The notes under the pieces were generated by a model. It did no database searches and was not told the DNA's origin. It saw only the letters and a program-made list of their open reading frames with translations. A DNA stretch of 32,000 nucleotides from NCBI GenBank assembly GCA_002794465.1, contig MTSL01000048.1, positions 33,514-65,513 of the forward strand. Reading direction: 5' to 3'. The position numbers and the translations under genes were made by a program. Positions 28,518-32,000 of this stretch are shown one piece after another; position 1 is the first letter of the stretch; each line of letters begins with the position of its first letter. Source of the DNA: Paramicrosporidium saccamoebae KSL3 (Eukaryota > Fungi > Cryptomycota).

Positions 28518-29462
28518 ATGCTTCTCTGGACAGCGCTTCAGCTAGTATCGTTCGTGTCCGGTGCCAAGGTACTTTTCCAGTATAGAGGAAACAGGCTGTG
28601 TTCCATCGGCCCAAAGGGTTCTTTTAAATATTTTGAGGGTCCTGGCTTTACTGCGAATGACGGAGAGCTCTCAGTTGAAGGCGGATGTCTTGTCGTGAAC
28701 AGCTATCCATTTAAGCAAAGTCGGTCCGATATATCTGATACCACCAAGTTTCACTTGTCCACAAATCGTGCCTTTCAATACAAAACAGGGAAGGTGATTG
28801 TTCAAATGACTGGCAGCGCAATAATGCACGGTGTAGAAGATAACCCCTTCGGAGAGGGTTACGCGCTTTCTAGGATTGACTCACGACTAGCCACTTCCGT
28901 GTTTGGTGTGCGGGATGCTTGTGGGCAGGCGTTTAACTTTCTTATTGTAAATGGCGAGGTCAGCGCTATGATCCACGCACCGTTCAGTACATCACCCGGC
29001 CCAACTGTTACCAGTACCATGTCCTATAACATTCCGCTGGTCAATACGCAGGCGGGGGAAGAGCACACTTTGGCCCTGATTTTTGATGCTGCTGCTCAGT
29101 CAGTGTCCTGGTCGGTTGACGGGACAATCCACTACACCTGGACAGTCGATTCACAGATCCCTCAAGAGAACTGTGTCCTTCGGTGGGGCGATCCAAACCG
29201 CTTCACCTACCCAAGAAAGTTTACTGTCGGGTTCGGGAACTATGCAGGCTTAGCATACTATCCGCCCGTGAGCGCCGCTAAAGCCTTTGATGTAGAATAC
29301 AAAGGACTCGTAAATCTCCCTTCTCTACCAATGCTTCTAAATCCGCAAACCGGTGAACCTGCAGAGTTCATTACTGACTCGAGTGAGCAAAAAGCCCGTG
29401 TCTGGGATCGAGGAGCTGTCCTGAGAATCAGGGACATTATTGTCACTCATAATGACGCGTAA
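28518..29462 (+). CDS. Secreted array paralog 6 (type B)
   Basis: Signal peptide MLLWTALQLVSFVSGA. Same length (314 aa) as paralog 3, with long identical stretches. Confidence 0.85.
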   Translation: MLLWTALQLVSFVSGAKVLFQYRGNRLCSIGPKGSFKYFEGPGFTANDGELSVEGGCLVVNSYPFKQSRSDISDTTKFHLSTNRAFQYKTGKVIVQMTGSAIMHGVEDNPFGEGYALSRIDSRLATSVFGVRDACGQAFNFLIVNGEVSAMIHAPFSTSPGPTVTSTMSYNIPLVNTQAGEEHTLALIFDAAAQSVSWSVDGTIHYTWTVDSQIPQENCVLRWGDPNRFTYPRKFTVGFGNYAGLAYYPPVSAAKAFDVEYKGLVNLPSLPMLLNPQTGEPAEFITDSSEQKARVWDRGAVLRIRDIIVTHNDA

Positions 29463-29794
29463 ACCTTTTTGAGGTAAAGATTCCTTATTTGGAGAATGGG
29501 GAGAGTCGAAGGCTATATAAAAAACTCTCTATTGGAATCTTGGTTTGCAGTTACATCCTCGTACGCATACGTGAGAGCCTTGGATTAGGCCCAAGATTTA
29601 ATTATCCAGTCGCGCGCTCAGCTGGGCTGCATAGGCCATTTTACTGTTACCATAATGAACAAAGAGATGTAATATTTCATGCTTGTAACATCTTTGTATT
29701 AAATGGACCAATGAAAAGGAGTCTGGCTAGAATCCATTAAGATGCAATCTCGAGATACCGATACCACCCCCTCGGATTAGTGGCTGGATTTAAT

Positions 29795-30709
29795 ATGCGG
29801 TTGCGGATTCTTCTTGCCTTGACTACCGTTGCGTCGGCGAGCACCAAGCTTTTCGAGTATAATGGCAGCGAGAACCCGATTGCATTCCCCAATGGGAAAT
29901 TTCGCTGTCTTGACTCGCCTTATAATGAAGACACTGGTGAGAATATCCCTCAGAGCCAGAATGGAGATTTATGTCCCACTCCCGAAGGACTAATTATTGA
30001 GTGCAGCCCGTCCCACCTCATTCAACCACAGTTCGTTCCAGGAGCTCAGTTCTTCATGTATACCGACGCTCAGTTTCCCGTCCAGCCCGGTAAGCTGGCC
30101 ATAGAAATGACAAGCAGTGTCCATATTTATGGAGTTGAGGACCATCCCTTTGGTGACAAAGTTCAGGACCCGCACAAGGACCCACTTCTTGCATGCACCG
30201 CTATTACTGTGCATCCACACAGTGACATGCTGTTCAGCTTTGTATTCACCAATGAAGCGATCTATGCTTTTGTTACTAAATTACTAACGAGACCTGAGCA
30301 GCCAGGCGCTCAATATCTAATTCCGTTGATCACTACGCGAGCTGGGGCAGTGCATACGACCAAATTTATATTGAATAATGATTCGAAGAGTATCAACTGG
30401 CTCATTGATGGGGAACAGCAATACTCGTGGCAACAAGGCGCAGAGATTAGCGAAATCTACTTACTTAGACGACCCGGTGAGAATGCGGTCTTCCAGTTTC
30501 CCACAGGTAAAGTCGGAGCCTCGGTTGGAATTTTGAGTTTTTGGGACGAGCTTAAGGGGGAGCGCACGACGTCACTCGATCTTGATACTCTGGGGGTAAA
30601 TCCTACCTTTGGTGAGCAAGCCCAGAAGTTGGCAGAGTCAGTTGACAATAAATGGAGTCCGAAAGTCATTTTCACCATCAACAGCATCACAGTCACTCAA
30701 GAATACTAA
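29795..30709 (+). CDS. Secreted array paralog 7 (type C)
   Basis: Signal peptide MRLRILLALTTVASA. The first 76 coding nt are 73/76 identical to paralog 4. Confidence 0.82.
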   Translation: MRLRILLALTTVASASTKLFEYNGSENPIAFPNGKFRCLDSPYNEDTGENIPQSQNGDLCPTPEGLIIECSPSHLIQPQFVPGAQFFMYTDAQFPVQPGKLAIEMTSSVHIYGVEDHPFGDKVQDPHKDPLLACTAITVHPHSDMLFSFVFTNEAIYAFVTKLLTRPEQPGAQYLIPLITTRAGAVHTTKFILNNDSKSINWLIDGEQQYSWQQGAEISEIYLLRRPGENAVFQFPTGKVGASVGILSFWDELKGERTTSLDLDTLGVNPTFGEQAQKLAESVDNKWSPKVIFTINSITVTQEY

Positions 30710-31378
30710 CTAAATGGAAATGCCACATAAGTAAAATTTACATCCACATGTCAGTTCAATGGATAGGTCTTTAGGGATAGGCCACCATCCCTCAATTTAG
30801 GAAAGCCTGCTGCCGCAAATAGTAGATGCGTACTGGACAACCGTTAAACGTTCAAAATCTCGATCCAGTAACCCACACGGAGTATTCAAGTTTAAGGGTC
30901 GGCTCCTTAGACCGGCCAGTGTATATTGATAGACCAGAGATTTTGATAAGGAGCATTTACCACACCCTACGCTTGACGACAATGTTCGTAATCATTGGTA
31001 AGAGTTAAGATGGTAATGTAGAGGACCGATTGCCATGTTCTTTGAAAATAGTTCCTAGTTTGGGGACTACATATTGGTGTGATAGGGTGAATCGATTGGC
31101 TGGGTATTTGAGAGCAGTGAGAGCTGTATTCTTGCGATTTTAGAATTAGCGGCGAACGAGTTCTTATCCCGCTCCATGTCACCCCATCTCGTCTCTTCCC
31201 ACCTGACAAGGTCCGTGGTACTATTCCCATTACGCGACATGTGGATCCTTTCTTTTAATTGATAATCTTTACTAATTGTCCATAAATAAAATTTCAGCAA
31301 ATCGTGCCACTATTTCACACTGTAATGATTAAAGTAAAAGAAATTATCAGTCGCTTCGTTTTGGTGGATGCCGTTTGA

Positions 31379-32000
31379 ATGGAAGAACGACGCAAAGTCA
31401 CCACGACACAACTTTACAACCGTATCTTGGAATGCGAAGAGCGTTTTGACCGTCTTTCCTTTGACCTGCTCGCCAGCATGCGCTCTGGAGACCATGGCCG
31501 GGTTCAGTGGCTCGAAGCTCGATATCTTTTAAAATTGCTCCATGAAGAGTTGCTGACAGCAGATGTGGAGTTTGTAGCCAAGAGCCAGTTGCTTGAGCCG
31601 TTGTGGAGACGGCTTTACTACGGGGTGGTGGAACAGGCTCGGAGGGCAGAGGATGAACAAGTGGGGTTGGAGGTGCTGGCCTTGATTGACGAGGGTCTTG
31701 GGTTCTTTATGATCCTGTGCTACAGGCTGCAGAAGGCTCTCGATGCGTTCAAGGACGATATGCCCCTATTTATCAGAACAATTTCGAAAAAAAAAGTAGT
31801 GCCGGTGGATCTTGTTAATGGTCTTATCTATGAGAGTCTCGTATACATGGGAGATCTGATGCGATATCGACACGGTTCTGTCTCAACCCAGCAGGCTGAT
31901 TTGTCGCTGGCTGAGGGACAGTACAAACGAGCAGCCAAGTTACTTCCTGACCTTGGTCATGCCTACAACCAGCTAGCAGTTTTGTGTTGCATCCAAGATG
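31379..32000 (+). CDS. EST1/SMG5-6-7/Ebs1-family protein, 5' part (runs off the window; missing from the ORF track)
   Basis: My translation from ATG 31379 is open to the end: MEERRKVTTTQLYNRIL...LLEPLWRRLYYGVVEQ...SLVYMGDLMRYR...AEGQYKRAAKLLPDLGHAYNQLAVL. This is the EST1/TPR-like GDL.RY and G..YNQLA signature. Confidence 0.85.
   Translation, partial: MEERRKVTTTQLYNRILECEERFDRLSFDLLASMRSGDHGRVQWLEARYLLKLLHEELLTADVEFVAKSQLLEPLWRRLYYGVVEQARRAEDEQVGLEVLALIDEGLGFFMILCYRLQKALDAFKDDMPLFIRTISKKKVVPVDLVNGLIYESLVYMGDLMRYRHGSVSTQQADLSLAEGQYKRAAKLLPDLGHAYNQLAVLCCIQD

Noticed and set aside
30760-31300. Possible pseudogene in the spacer after the array
   Set aside because: Stop density in the best frame is about what random sequence gives, and no motif is recognisable.
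1-32000. tRNA, rRNA, snRNA genes or transposase/RT ORFs
   Set aside because: I saw no cloverleaf with A/B boxes, rRNA signature or transposase/RT motif. A tRNAscan-SE/Infernal run would be needed to exclude small RNAs.

Overview
A very compact eukaryotic (fungal-like, probably early-diverging) genomic window, not a prokaryotic one. It holds about 23 protein genes. Nine inferred spliceosomal introns are only 27-34 nt, and gaps between genes go down to 13-51 bp. This layout resembles reduced Rozellomycota/microsporidia relatives such as Paramicrosporidium, but the taxon is inference only. The left 21 kb is mostly housekeeping: an NBD-less ABCG membrane domain, a DEAD-box helicase, YOP1, RQC1/TCF25, FAM72, two signal-peptide-bearing PTC7-like phosphatases, a bacterial-type Fe-S L-serine dehydratase, CTU1/NCS6 head-to-head with a TAD3 lacking its Zn ligands, SHP1/p47, INO80 and a Mug60-like KH protein. 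The standout is 21.8-30.7 kb: a tandem array of seven intronless, signal-peptide-bearing paralogs (~305-315 aa). From memory they resemble the actinobacterial DUF6081 family, and they carry a ConA/GH16-like beta-sandwich motif. The array shows a two-gene block duplication, near-identical patches suggesting gene conversion, and diverging mature domains. It is a candidate horizontally acquired, expanded secreted-protein (effector-like) family. An EST1/SMG5-7-like gene runs off the right edge. All family assignments come from motif recognition without database searches.
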